This document shows positions 50,847 through 59,497 of a stretch of DNA of 64,000 nt, piece after piece. The stretch spans positions 347,619-411,618 of the IMG/VR virus record IMGVR_UViG_3300033489_000001. The stretch is one strand, 5' to 3'. Positions within the stretch are counted from its first letter, which is position 1. Every line of letters begins with the position of its first letter. The position numbers and the translations under genes are program-made. The notes beneath the pieces are model-generated. The model made no database searches and had not been told where the DNA came from. It worked only from the letters and a program-made list of their open reading frames with translations. This DNA comes from a virus. Its lineage: Duplodnaviria > Heunggongvirae > Uroviricota > Caudoviricetes.

Positions 50847-53800
50847 CTACACACGAGCACGAAGATTGAAAGTCAGGATTAAATACAAAAGCGGGAAAAT
50901 CGGAGAATAATACATTTCGAACCTAAGTATCGTTGGGTCGTCTACGTCTATATTCGCCGTCATTCCTGTAAAAGCACCGACGATTTCCGCTTGAACTAGC
51001 GAGCGGAACAACCCGGTCATGGAAACCACGACCTCGTTAGTCCGTGACGCTAAGAACTTTGTGCCAACGAACGAATCCAAGATGGCCCTGGACTGCTGTT
51101 GCACGAAGTCCGCAATCTGAATGACCGTGGGAAGCCGTGTAAGAACCGAGGTCATATTTGTTGTCAGACCTTGACGGATACGAATGATCGGGTCCAAGTC
51201 CTCTAACAATGTGATGCCCGCAACCGCCGTTTGGTTAGCCTCCACCGGATCAAGAATGTGCGGGATTCTAGTGAAGCCCTGAATCCTCCGCCGAGTATAA
51301 GGCGTGGCCACGTCTACCGCAGGCGATACAACTGCCCCAGCTACGGCTGCCCCAAAGAAGCTACCATCGACCAAGCTCTCAACCGATTGTCCAAGCTCAT
51401 CGGTCAAAGTGATAACGGATGAGTCAGGATAAAGGGCAATGATACGACTGGAGTTTAGCCCTCTAGCCACCGTTTGAGCCGTTATAGGTGACGTACCAGA
51501 AGCAAAGCCAATCATACCGATCCGCTCTGCCTGATTACGGATATTGCTCTGAACTTCACAATGCGCGGTCAGATGTGTATAGACCGAAGTGTCCGTCGCT
51601 AGCGGTACAATGATATCCGGTTTGATATTACCCGGAAGAGGAGTTGCCATCTCATCAATGGCCGCATTGAAGGATTGTGCTGAAGCTTGGTTCGTATTAG
51701 GAACCTTCAAGACCTGCTTACAGATAATCAGCACGGCTCCATTCAAAATGGCCAAGTAAGCCGCCAAGGTGAGACGATTTTCGGACGAAGTTGTACCGAA
51801 ATTAGCCTCTATTGTCTTGAGCTGTTGGAAGAGTTTAGGAGAGTAATCTTGCTTCAAGTAGCGATAGCTAATGAAGTAAAAATCTCCTACAGACGGTTCC
51901 ACACCGCTAGGATTATAGGTGGTCAAAGAAGCCGTGTCATTGACCCCTACGCCCACAGTGTTCGTGACAAGAAGTTCCAAACCTCCGATCGAATAACGAG
52001 GAACGGAAGGGCTCACATGGAAAGTTGGAGAGATTTCCAAAGTGAAGTACCCGGTCGGAGTATAACTGCCCGTACTTGCAGGAAGCACCGTAAAGCGCAA
52101 TCCGGTACGAACATCCGTGTAAGTTTGGCCAGGATATCCCGTACCACTCGACCCAACAGGGGATGTAGAAGTTACCACGTAATTGTTGCGGGAATCTTCA
52201 CCAACATCACCATCTACGCTCGGTGTGATGTTGACACCCGTGGTTAGATTGAAAGCCGAATTTGTCGAGTTTGAGAACCCAATACTCGAGGTAGCAGCCC
52301 CAACCGTTAGGGACTCTATGGTGATATAGTCTTTGCCACTAATAGCATCTACGTAAGCTACAGCACCCGTCGCAAACCCGGCCGTAGCCATAAGAGCATC
52401 TACGACCTCTTGGGCACCAACCAATGTTTGGCTAGCAAACTGATTAGTAGTAAACCCAAGGACATCGTTAGCTGATCCTATATTGATTAGGACAGACGAA
52501 CCGGAATCGTTCGTAGTACTCGTCAAACGAATCTTACCTGTGTTCACCCCAGAAGTTGCAGCGGACGCAACACTTGCAACAACAGCGTTGATAGCTCCTA
52601 CCACTGCCGATGCCGCTACTGTCGCACCACTTGGCAAAGTAACACTGTAATCTATTCCGTTGACGCGAATGCTAAACGCATCGTTTAAACCAGCCGTAAT
52701 GTTGAAAGGCCCCGCCAAGGAGCCCAACAGCGTGGCAGCTTTATTGATAGCCCCCAACGTGCCATTTACGCTCTGGAACGTAGTGAAGCCCAAGGTGCTT
52801 TCGATCGTACCCTGATTGACAGTAATGTTTGTTACATCATCAATGGCAGCAGGGGCTACACCTCGAATGATGAAGAAGACATCCCCTGACCCTATTTGCT
52901 TATAGCTCGCTTTACCAGCACCAACAACGGCATTGATATCTGTCACAATTTCCGTTGGAGTATGTGCTCCAGCCGTAATCGGAATAGTTGCAAATGCAAC
53001 TCCATCAATTGTGAGATTCAGGTTGTTGGCGGGGGCTATTGGAATAGTAACTTTTCCTGCACCATCAAGAACCACGTGTCTCCCTACCAAAACAGCAGGA
53101 GCTGCCGAAGATAGCGTAGTGGTCTGGGTTACCCCATTGACCATGGTTGCCCACGTTGCAGAAAATGGATCGAAGAATGAATATGGAGCAGCACCCTTAT
53201 TCGTGTAAACCGCGTTACCCGCTACCGTTGACCCGAAGGTGACCGTAGCAACCTCAGCAACCGGAGTCCCCGCTCCCGTATGGAACGCATCAGGAATCTG
53301 CTCTACTCCACGAGGCCATTGAATAATCTGGCTCAAGCCCGCTTTGGTTCCAAACTTTACCTCAAAGAGATTGCGATCCAACAAAGTTGAGAAAACCGAG
53401 TACTGACCTGCTCCCACGGGGCCGGGAACCAAATTGGTCAGAATGTAGGTATCATCTACGAGACGGCTGTAGTAGAAAGTTGCGTAAGCATTATAATCCG
53501 GGGGTTGAGGCGTCTTGAGAATGATTCTACGATTCACCCCATCCACGAGGGTAACCGGTACGGCCACCCGATTAAGAGCATCTTGCAACGTACGGCCTGT
53601 GTGAACTACCACAAGGTCAGGCCGGTTTGTGATGAGATCTTGACGGCTATTAGCAACAGAGTTGAATGTTGAAAGTCCTAAAGGAGTGCTTCGCCCATTG
53701 CCCATAGTCGGGACTTCTGGCAGTAAGAAGTCCGTAGCCGATACAGTAGCGGGAATCGTGGAAGTATCGGTTACCGGAGTGCATAGGCCCAAGTACATTT

Positions 53801-55076
53801 GGTCATCGATCAAAAGCCCAACAACCTGCCCACCGGAACCCGTTGTACCATCAAACGGGGTGGCCCCAGGAGTAGTAGTAGCCGCTGCTACTTGAAAACT
53901 AGAACCCCAATTGATAACGCTAACATCCGTGCTTGGATTTGAGACTACAAAATCAGTGCCCTGAATATAGTCATTACGTCCTGGAGAGATACCGCAACGC
54001 TCAACCGTTGTAACCAAACTGTTGGGCAAGTAATCAAATGTATCCTGCCAAGTATTGGCCCAATATTGGAGCGTAACCGTAGAACCCGGAGAAGGTGCAA
54101 ACGGTAACGTTACAACGCCATTAGCACCATCTACCGATGATACTATTACCTGAACTCCATTGACCTTTGCCACGACCCTTGACGGATCCGTAGTTGTTGT
54201 TCCACCACCCGTCCCATCAACAAGAGGGCGTTGAAACGCACGAAAAGCCCGATTACGAGAAGTGGTTGCACCGGATGAAAAACCTAACGGACCATTAGCC
54301 GTTCCAGCTCCAATGGTAACGCTAATAGAAGACGTAAACCGGATATGATTTAAACCTTCCCCATCAGTGAAAGCAGAGGTTGAAAGGTTCGTGATTGCCG
54401 CAGCATTGATAATTGACACTAGAGTTGCTGCGCTCAAAGAACCTTGAGGCAATGTGACGGTTGCTTCATTACCGTCATTGACCGTAATAAGGAGCTGATC
54501 ATTAACTCCCGTGGTGATATCGAACGGAGCGTATCCAGGAGATATCAGGTAAGCGTTTTCAGTTGTTACTTGAGCAGACACATCATCTGTGAACGCCGTA
54601 TCGCCTCGATGGAAAAAGTACGTAACCCGGACACTATCCGTAGGTTGCGTAGGAACTTGCAGCGTGACAAGACCCTTTTGGCCTTGAACTGATCCCATGG
54701 CTACGGGAGATCCATTTACTGACACGGTCACCGAACGAACGTCGTTAGTAACACGCCCAATGCCTTTGCCGTCCGTAATGGGATAGTTTCTGACCCGAAA
54801 CGTTGTCAAAGTACCGTCTTGAGCACCAAGGATGAGATTGTTCGGATTAGTCGCGTCAACTACCCAACTTTCCGACACGTCCTCACTGACAATTTGTTGG
54901 TCAATAGTTGCGGAGGAGCCGCGAACAATTTCAAAATCATTCTGTTCTAACTCTTCCTGTCCAACGCCAATCAGAGCCGGGATCCTAAGTCCTGCGACTA
55001 AGTTAGAAGCATTGTTCTCAGTCAAAGTACGGGTGTAAACACCCGGAGGCGCGTAGGATATAAATGGGCCAATCAT
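50847..55076 (-). CDS. Contractile tail sheath protein (1409 aa, many inserted domains)
   Basis: N-terminal YAPPGVYTRT...IPALIGVG; C-terminal AGITLLE...IRIRQGLTT...IADFV...FVGTKFL...YYSPIFPLLYLILTFNL. Confidence 0.92.
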   Translation of the reverse strand: MIGPFISYAPPGVYTRTLTENNASNLVAGLRIPALIGVGQEELEQNDFEIVRGSSATIDQQIVSEDVSESWVVDATNPNNLILGAQDGTLTTFRVRNYPITDGKGIGRVTNDVRSVTVSVNGSPVAMGSVQGQKGLVTLQVPTQPTDSVRVTYFFHRGDTAFTDDVSAQVTTENAYLISPGYAPFDITTGVNDQLLITVNDGNEATVTLPQGSLSAATLVSIINAAAITNLSTSAFTDGEGLNHIRFTSSISVTIGAGTANGPLGFSSGATTSRNRAFRAFQRPLVDGTGGGTTTTDPSRVVAKVNGVQVIVSSVDGANGVVTLPFAPSPGSTVTLQYWANTWQDTFDYLPNSLVTTVERCGISPGRNDYIQGTDFVVSNPSTDVSVINWGSSFQVAAATTTPGATPFDGTTGSGGQVVGLLIDDQMYLGLCTPVTDTSTIPATVSATDFLLPEVPTMGNGRSTPLGLSTFNSVANSRQDLITNRPDLVVVHTGRTLQDALNRVAVPVTLVDGVNRRIILKTPQPPDYNAYATFYYSRLVDDTYILTNLVPGPVGAGQYSVFSTLLDRNLFEVKFGTKAGLSQIIQWPRGVEQIPDAFHTGAGTPVAEVATVTFGSTVAGNAVYTNKGAAPYSFFDPFSATWATMVNGVTQTTTLSSAAPAVLVGRHVVLDGAGKVTIPIAPANNLNLTIDGVAFATIPITAGAHTPTEIVTDINAVVGAGKASYKQIGSGDVFFIIRGVAPAAIDDVTNITVNQGTIESTLGFTTFQSVNGTLGAINKAATLLGSLAGPFNITAGLNDAFSIRVNGIDYSVTLPSGATVAASAVVGAINAVVASVASAATSGVNTGKIRLTSTTNDSGSSVLINIGSANDVLGFTTNQFASQTLVGAQEVVDALMATAGFATGAVAYVDAISGKDYITIESLTVGAATSSIGFSNSTNSAFNLTTGVNITPSVDGDVGEDSRNNYVVTSTSPVGSSGTGYPGQTYTDVRTGLRFTVLPASTGSYTPTGYFTLEISPTFHVSPSVPRYSIGGLELLVTNTVGVGVNDTASLTTYNPSGVEPSVGDFYFISYRYLKQDYSPKLFQQLKTIEANFGTTSSENRLTLAAYLAILNGAVLIICKQVLKVPNTNQASAQSFNAAIDEMATPLPGNIKPDIIVPLATDTSVYTHLTAHCEVQSNIRNQAERIGMIGFASGTSPITAQTVARGLNSSRIIALYPDSSVITLTDELGQSVESLVDGSFFGAAVAGAVVSPAVDVATPYTRRRIQGFTRIPHILDPVEANQTAVAGITLLEDLDPIIRIRQGLTTNMTSVLTRLPTVIQIADFVQQQSRAILDSFVGTKFLASRTNEVVVSMTGLFRSLVQAEIVGAFTGMTANIDVDDPTILRFEMYYSPIFPLLYLILTFNLRARV

Positions 55077-55083
55077 TATAGGT

Positions 55084-55237
55084 CTCCTTGAAAAGAGAGT
55101 GAATTTGAATTGGATCTGGGTCTTATTTTAGAAACTCAGGTTTTCACCATCCTAAGTTTCTAGATTTAATCTGATTTGGGTTCGGATTTTAATTTACGAG
55201 AGGCAACCGCTAACCGTTGTTGCAAGCCTCTCGTAAA
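55084..55237 (-). promoter_or_regulatory. Structured 5' leader of the sheath gene: two hairpins alternating with RRAY tracts
   Basis: 12-bp perfect stem 55193-55204/55226-55237; 12-bp stem 55129-55140/55151-55162 (one G-U on the minus strand); shares aatctgatttgggt with 40986-40999; AAGGAGA SD. Confidence 0.6.
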
Positions 55238-55255
55238 GGCGGGCGAAATAAAACT

Positions 55256-55675
55256 TTATTGTTTTGTGCCTCTAGTAATCCGAACAGCCTCTTCAGTGAG
55301 CTTCTTACGTGCTGCTCTTCCCTGATCGCTCATGGGCTCGTAATCGATGAAACCATCCCCTGTATGTCGAATAAGCGCAGTGGTTTGCCCTTGTTTCCGG
55401 GCTTCTTCCTTCACCTTATCCCTAGCCTTAAGATACGCCCATCGTTTTTCCGCACTCTTTCCAACGGCTTTATCCGCCGTGGGATAATCTTGGTCATGTA
55501 CTCCTGAATTGGCTGGGGACCCCTTTCCCTCAGCAAAAGAAAAGCCAAACTCAGAAAGAACTAAAGGGGCCGGGTCATGACATTCAGGACACTCATGCGT
55601 CGGATACCCCCCTATTTTTAGAGATCTTTCGAATCGGATATTACAGACGGGGCATTCAAAGGAATATTTGGGCAT
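55256..55675 (-). CDS. FmdB-family zinc ribbon protein
   Basis: MPKYSFECPVC...FE...ECPECH...LVLS matches the CxxC_CxxC_SSSS pattern. Confidence 0.8.
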   Translation of the reverse strand: MPKYSFECPVCNIRFERSLKIGGYPTHECPECHDPAPLVLSEFGFSFAEGKGSPANSGVHDQDYPTADKAVGKSAEKRWAYLKARDKVKEEARKQGQTTALIRHTGDGFIDYEPMSDQGRAARKKLTEEAVRITRGTKQ

Positions 55676-55717
55676 TCTGTTTTGATCTCCATTTGATAAT
55701 TTTTCCCCTGGACCCCA

Positions 55718-56914
55718 TTAAATTATTCGTTCAAAGTTATTATTTCGCCCGGCAATTACAGGAATTGTAGCGAAAAATAACTGATTTCTCACGTCCCCAA
55801 CGATCGTAGTACCCTGAGTTGGATCAAGAGGAACCGCCGCCTTATCCATCTCCGCCGTTGTTGCGGTCACTCTACTGATGGTCAAAGGTAATGGAATATG
55901 AATTTCCCAATCCGCTTGTACCTGAATCGTAAGAGACGCATTGTAAAAATAATCGTCCCCCGTTTCATCATAAACTTCTTCGGACTCCCCACCCATAGAA
56001 ACATCTGTAATCTCTATACCCTCAGAAGACAGAGGATCACGCTTTTCTCCCCAAAGATACATAAGGGTAAGATCCGCCATTTCTTCCATTTGAGTTTCAT
56101 CACGCGCAATAACATCTAAATCAAACGAAGCTTCAAACTTACCCCCGTACGCTTTAGCCGCTTCTACCCGATCTTCATAAACCACTACAGCTACTTTGTC
56201 CGCTACTTTAGCCCGTTTTCCAAAGGCAAGTACTACTCCGGGTAAAGTGGTAAAATCTGATTTATTCCACTGAAATGTGATTGGACCTACGGAAGGCACA
56301 GCATACCGATAATCCGCAGTCAATATTGAACCCGCTGTCGAAGGGGATAAAAGATGAATTGCCCCTGTAGTATAATCTACTTGATAATGCTCCCCCTCAA
56401 CCAACAAGAATTTTCGATTCTCCCATAAACGTAAAGTGCCTTGAATTGGGAGTTGTTGTAATTGAGCCTCATTCTCAATCCCACTTACAAATCTAAGAAC
56501 AGGCTCATCATTAACAGTTATCAAAGGGTCAATAATGAAAGTGCCTTCGGCTTGAGCCGTATCAGGGACACTTAAAATTTCAAGATAGTAGATTCCCGGT
56601 GGTGTAGGCATCACCTCATTGTTAGCTTGCAAACAAGCCAAGTCTTCCTTGACCCATTCTAACGGATATACCGGAGCAGCCACGTAAGCTAACATCACGT
56701 GGCTCATTATCGAACCCATAAAGTTGTCAGCAGAAAGAACTACTTTGTTGGCACTTGAGCCTTTGACAACAATTCCGTACTGAGGACGTTCGGTGAAGGC
56801 AAAGCGATTTTGTATGAAAGGCACTACCTTCTCATAGATTGGATGTCTTGAGAAACTATCCTTCAACTCTAAAATGAGCCTTCGTTTCAGAGATTGTATC
56901 AGATAGTAATAGAT
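55718..56914 (-). CDS. Tail completion/terminator-like protein
   Basis: FEASFDLDVIARD...MADLTLMYL...YNASLTIQV pattern; lies upstream of the sheath. The frame is open to 56917; probable start is ATC 56914 after GGAG (track start TTG 56866). Confidence 0.5.
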   Translation of the reverse strand: MYYYLIQSLKRRLILELKDSFSRHPIYEKVVPFIQNRFAFTERPQYGIVVKGSSANKVVLSADNFMGSIMSHVMLAYVAAPVYPLEWVKEDLACLQANNEVMPTPPGIYYLEILSVPDTAQAEGTFIIDPLITVNDEPVLRFVSGIENEAQLQQLPIQGTLRLWENRKFLLVEGEHYQVDYTTGAIHLLSPSTAGSILTADYRYAVPSVGPITFQWNKSDFTTLPGVVLAFGKRAKVADKVAVVVYEDRVEAAKAYGGKFEASFDLDVIARDETQMEEMADLTLMYLWGEKRDPLSSEGIEITDVSMGGESEEVYDETGDDYFYNASLTIQVQADWEIHIPLPLTISRVTATTAEMDKAAVPLDPTQGTTIVGDVRNQLFFATIPVIAGRNNNFERII

Positions 56915-56917
56915 GGC

Positions 56918-57931
56918 TCACTCCGTATGTTCTTCAACTGCAAGAACTAAAAGACCTTCAGCAACAGCCGTCATTGGATCTTTGGCAGCGCGAATCTCAC
57001 TGATCTGAATCGGAAAACCTTTTTTCTTGATAGCGTTAAACTCTTCCTCAAAAACTTGCATAAAGCCGCCCGCTAAACTCGTTCCTCCAGAAAGTACAAG
57101 AGGTATGGGGTTAGGAAGATCTAACGTTGCTTGGACTTTCTTGAATTGGACAGAGATATGTTCTAAGACGTACTTTATTAAAGATCGAATATACAGAACA
57201 ATAGCTTCCTCATCCCTGTTCTTAGGTTCAACTAAGTTCACCCCTTTTTCTTTAGTGGCGCACATACGAGCAGCCGTAGCCCCCACCGCTTTAGCAGCAT
57301 GTGCATCAATCCAATCTCCTGCTCTAGCAACCGAAAAGTCCATACCCTTAACCGTTTGATAAGCCAGAGCCACATTAACCATGCCCGAGCCATAGCTTAT
57401 AGCTAAGCCAGAAAAATTCTCCACAGCGCATTGCGAGTAGATTATCGCCATTGACTCGTTCATTGGATGTGGAGTGTAGCCAAGTTCCGTAAGGATCTTT
57501 TGAAATATCCCTGCATGATAAACAACATCTTGCGCTTCATCATCTACAGGAGAAGCTGGGACTGAAAAAAAGCAATGCTCCTTTGCATTGACAGGATCCC
57601 CGAGAATATGATGGATCAAGAGGCTAACAATTTGTTGTGCCTCTAGCTCTCCCGATGAAATCACACCACGACTCAAAGGACGGCGAACTTCTCTCTTAAA
57701 AAGATTCGCCATGGCTAGAGCGGCATCCCCTAAAATAATTAGATTGCCATCCTTTTCAACATAATCTACTTTGGAGAGTCTAAGTGCCTTTTTAACTTCA
57801 AGGTCTAGATCAAGAAAAGCATTACGCACATGCTTGATTTCAACATTCTTGCCGTCACTCGTTTGACGCGCAGAAACCAAATTCATGGTCCCACAATCTA
57901 ACCCACACCCGGAACGGTATTTCATCTCCAT
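56918..57931 (-). CDS. Actin-fold ATPase (FtsA/MreB/ParM superfamily)
   Basis: Phosphate-1 GLDCGT, SVPA, connect-1 NESMA, phosphate-2 ISYGSG, AGDWID, adenosine LSGGTS, connect-2 DPMTAVAEG. Confidence 0.85.
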   Translation of the reverse strand: MEMKYRSGCGLDCGTMNLVSARQTSDGKNVEIKHVRNAFLDLDLEVKKALRLSKVDYVEKDGNLIILGDAALAMANLFKREVRRPLSRGVISSGELEAQQIVSLLIHHILGDPVNAKEHCFFSVPASPVDDEAQDVVYHAGIFQKILTELGYTPHPMNESMAIIYSQCAVENFSGLAISYGSGMVNVALAYQTVKGMDFSVARAGDWIDAHAAKAVGATAARMCATKEKGVNLVEPKNRDEEAIVLYIRSLIKYVLEHISVQFKKVQATLDLPNPIPLVLSGGTSLAGGFMQVFEEEFNAIKKKGFPIQISEIRAAKDPMTAVAEGLLVLAVEEHTE

Positions 57932-58075
57932 TTTTCATCTCCATCTTTTTTATTTAACTTACTTACACCATATCCGAAGGTACCCGGATAAGTTCCATTG
58001 ACCATAGATCTCCTCGAACAAGAGGGATCCCCTTCCTAAATGAAAATCCCTCTAAATTTGGGATTGCAGTAAGCC

Positions 58076-58372
58076 TTACGCTGTCTTCCAAACGTCTGAC
58101 GCTGTCTTTGAAGCAGCTTCCCCTTTTGCGTCCTCTTTCATCTCTTTCCCAACCTGTGATAAGGTGAACTTTACAGGTTTGGCGGCGAAAGATTTCCCTG
58201 TTGTTGGGGACTTGATGGTCATCTTCCTCTCATTAAGATAGAAAATATTGCCCTCTGGATCGGTATATTTCCAGATAAACGTTTGACCAGCAGCCCCTTG
58301 AACGCTCTTGGCGACAACTCGGGCAGCAATCTCAGACGCATTAATTGCTAAACTAGCTTGACGTGGATGCAT
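58076..58372 (-). CDS. Small basic hypothetical protein
   Basis: 98 aa; AAGGAG SD; RQAS, IAARVVAK and KTAS motifs. Confidence 0.6.
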   Translation of the reverse strand: MHPRQASLAINASEIAARVVAKSVQGAAGQTFIWKYTDPEGNIFYLNERKMTIKSPTTGKSFAAKPVKFTLSQVGKEMKEDAKGEAASKTASDVWKTA

Positions 58373-58412
58373 AACAAAAAATCTCCTTTCTTATGCAAAA
58401 GGTATGAAAACT

Positions 58413-59012
58413 TTATCTCCCGCCACTTCTGAGTTTTCGTAAACGATCAGCAGTATCGGACACATTTGACTGAGAAGCTTCCCCTTGAACATCAATTCTA
58501 ACATCTACGTCTTTTGGATGAATTTCAGATGGAATAAATAGAGGGGCCGTTCCATCTACCTCTCCGCCAGCAAGCATGACAGGCGATTTTTGTCCTTCAA
58601 ATCCTCTCCCATTTTTCTGCACCGCAAGCAAAATAAGGTTTAGCTTCTCCTCATATAATTGTGAAGTTTGTTGTAAAGATTCGCGTAATATTTTGTTCTC
58701 GGCTTCCAAATCCTTGACTCGGGCGGAAAGATTGGAATTATTAGGTTCTAAGTTTCCTCTATTGTAACTCACAGGATATTGAGAGGGAGAGGCCGAAGGG
58801 AGCTGAAAAATACATCTTTGGGACAAAGCTCGCCACAAATCTTTAGATCGAACAGCTTTATCCCCAGGTATTATCACTGTTACTCCATGTGGAACATCCA
58901 TACCAATGTCCTCGAGCACGTGAGTGCCAGCAACTAATCCTATAACTCGTATATCACCTGCTGTTCTAGGTTTAGACATAAATTTTCTAAAAATTCTACA
59001 AAACCAGGTCAT
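58413..59012 (-). CDS. Hypothetical protein: N-domain, coiled coil, linker, basic C-terminal helix
   Basis: LSARVKDLEAENKILRESL coiled coil; ends NVSDTADRLRKLRSGGR. Confidence 0.6.
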   Translation of the reverse strand: MTWFCRIFRKFMSKPRTAGDIRVIGLVAGTHVLEDIGMDVPHGVTVIIPGDKAVRSKDLWRALSQRCIFQLPSASPSQYPVSYNRGNLEPNNSNLSARVKDLEAENKILRESLQQTSQLYEEKLNLILLAVQKNGRGFEGQKSPVMLAGGEVDGTAPLFIPSEIHPKDVDVRIDVQGEASQSNVSDTADRLRKLRSGGR

Positions 59013-59497
59013 TTCCGAACACGAACTTGCTTTATCAACTCTTTTGCAAACTTCTTTTTAAGAAAAGTTCTAGATGCTTCTTTAGCCACATCTAAAAAAT
59101 CTGATGGAGAGCGTCCCGGATGAATCCAATGACCGTTCTTCATAGATCTAGCCGTAGCATTACGAAAAATAAGTTTACCCTCTTCCGTAATAATAGGAAT
59201 AGGTCTACGGGCTTTTCTAAGCCACTTCATCTGGCCTTTGCGTTGACCTAAAACTAACGGAACAAATGCCGGATGATTAGTTGTAACCCGCAAGCTTGAA
59301 GGCTTTACTTCAATTTTGAGAGATTTAGACAAAGCCACTTTTGCTCGTCTTGAAAAAGTGGTTTGCGTAAGTTTTGCTTTAACCCGTCTAAGAAGATCTG
59401 TCTTAACCTTCTTTAAAATAGTCTTAGGGTCCCCTTTAAAATCCTCCGGGAGCAAAGGTTTGAGATAAACACGGGAAGCTATGAAAGGGGCGGCCAT
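59009..59497 (-). CDS. Basic neck/tail-completion-like protein (HK97 gp10-like, tentative)
   Basis: K/R-rich 162 aa with WIHPGRSPSDFL motif; neck gene context. Confidence 0.45.
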   Translation of the reverse strand: MAAPFIASRVYLKPLLPEDFKGDPKTILKKVKTDLLRRVKAKLTQTTFSRRAKVALSKSLKIEVKPSSLRVTTNHPAFVPLVLGQRKGQMKWLRKARRPIPIITEEGKLIFRNATARSMKNGHWIHPGRSPSDFLDVAKEASRTFLKKKFAKELIKQVRVRK

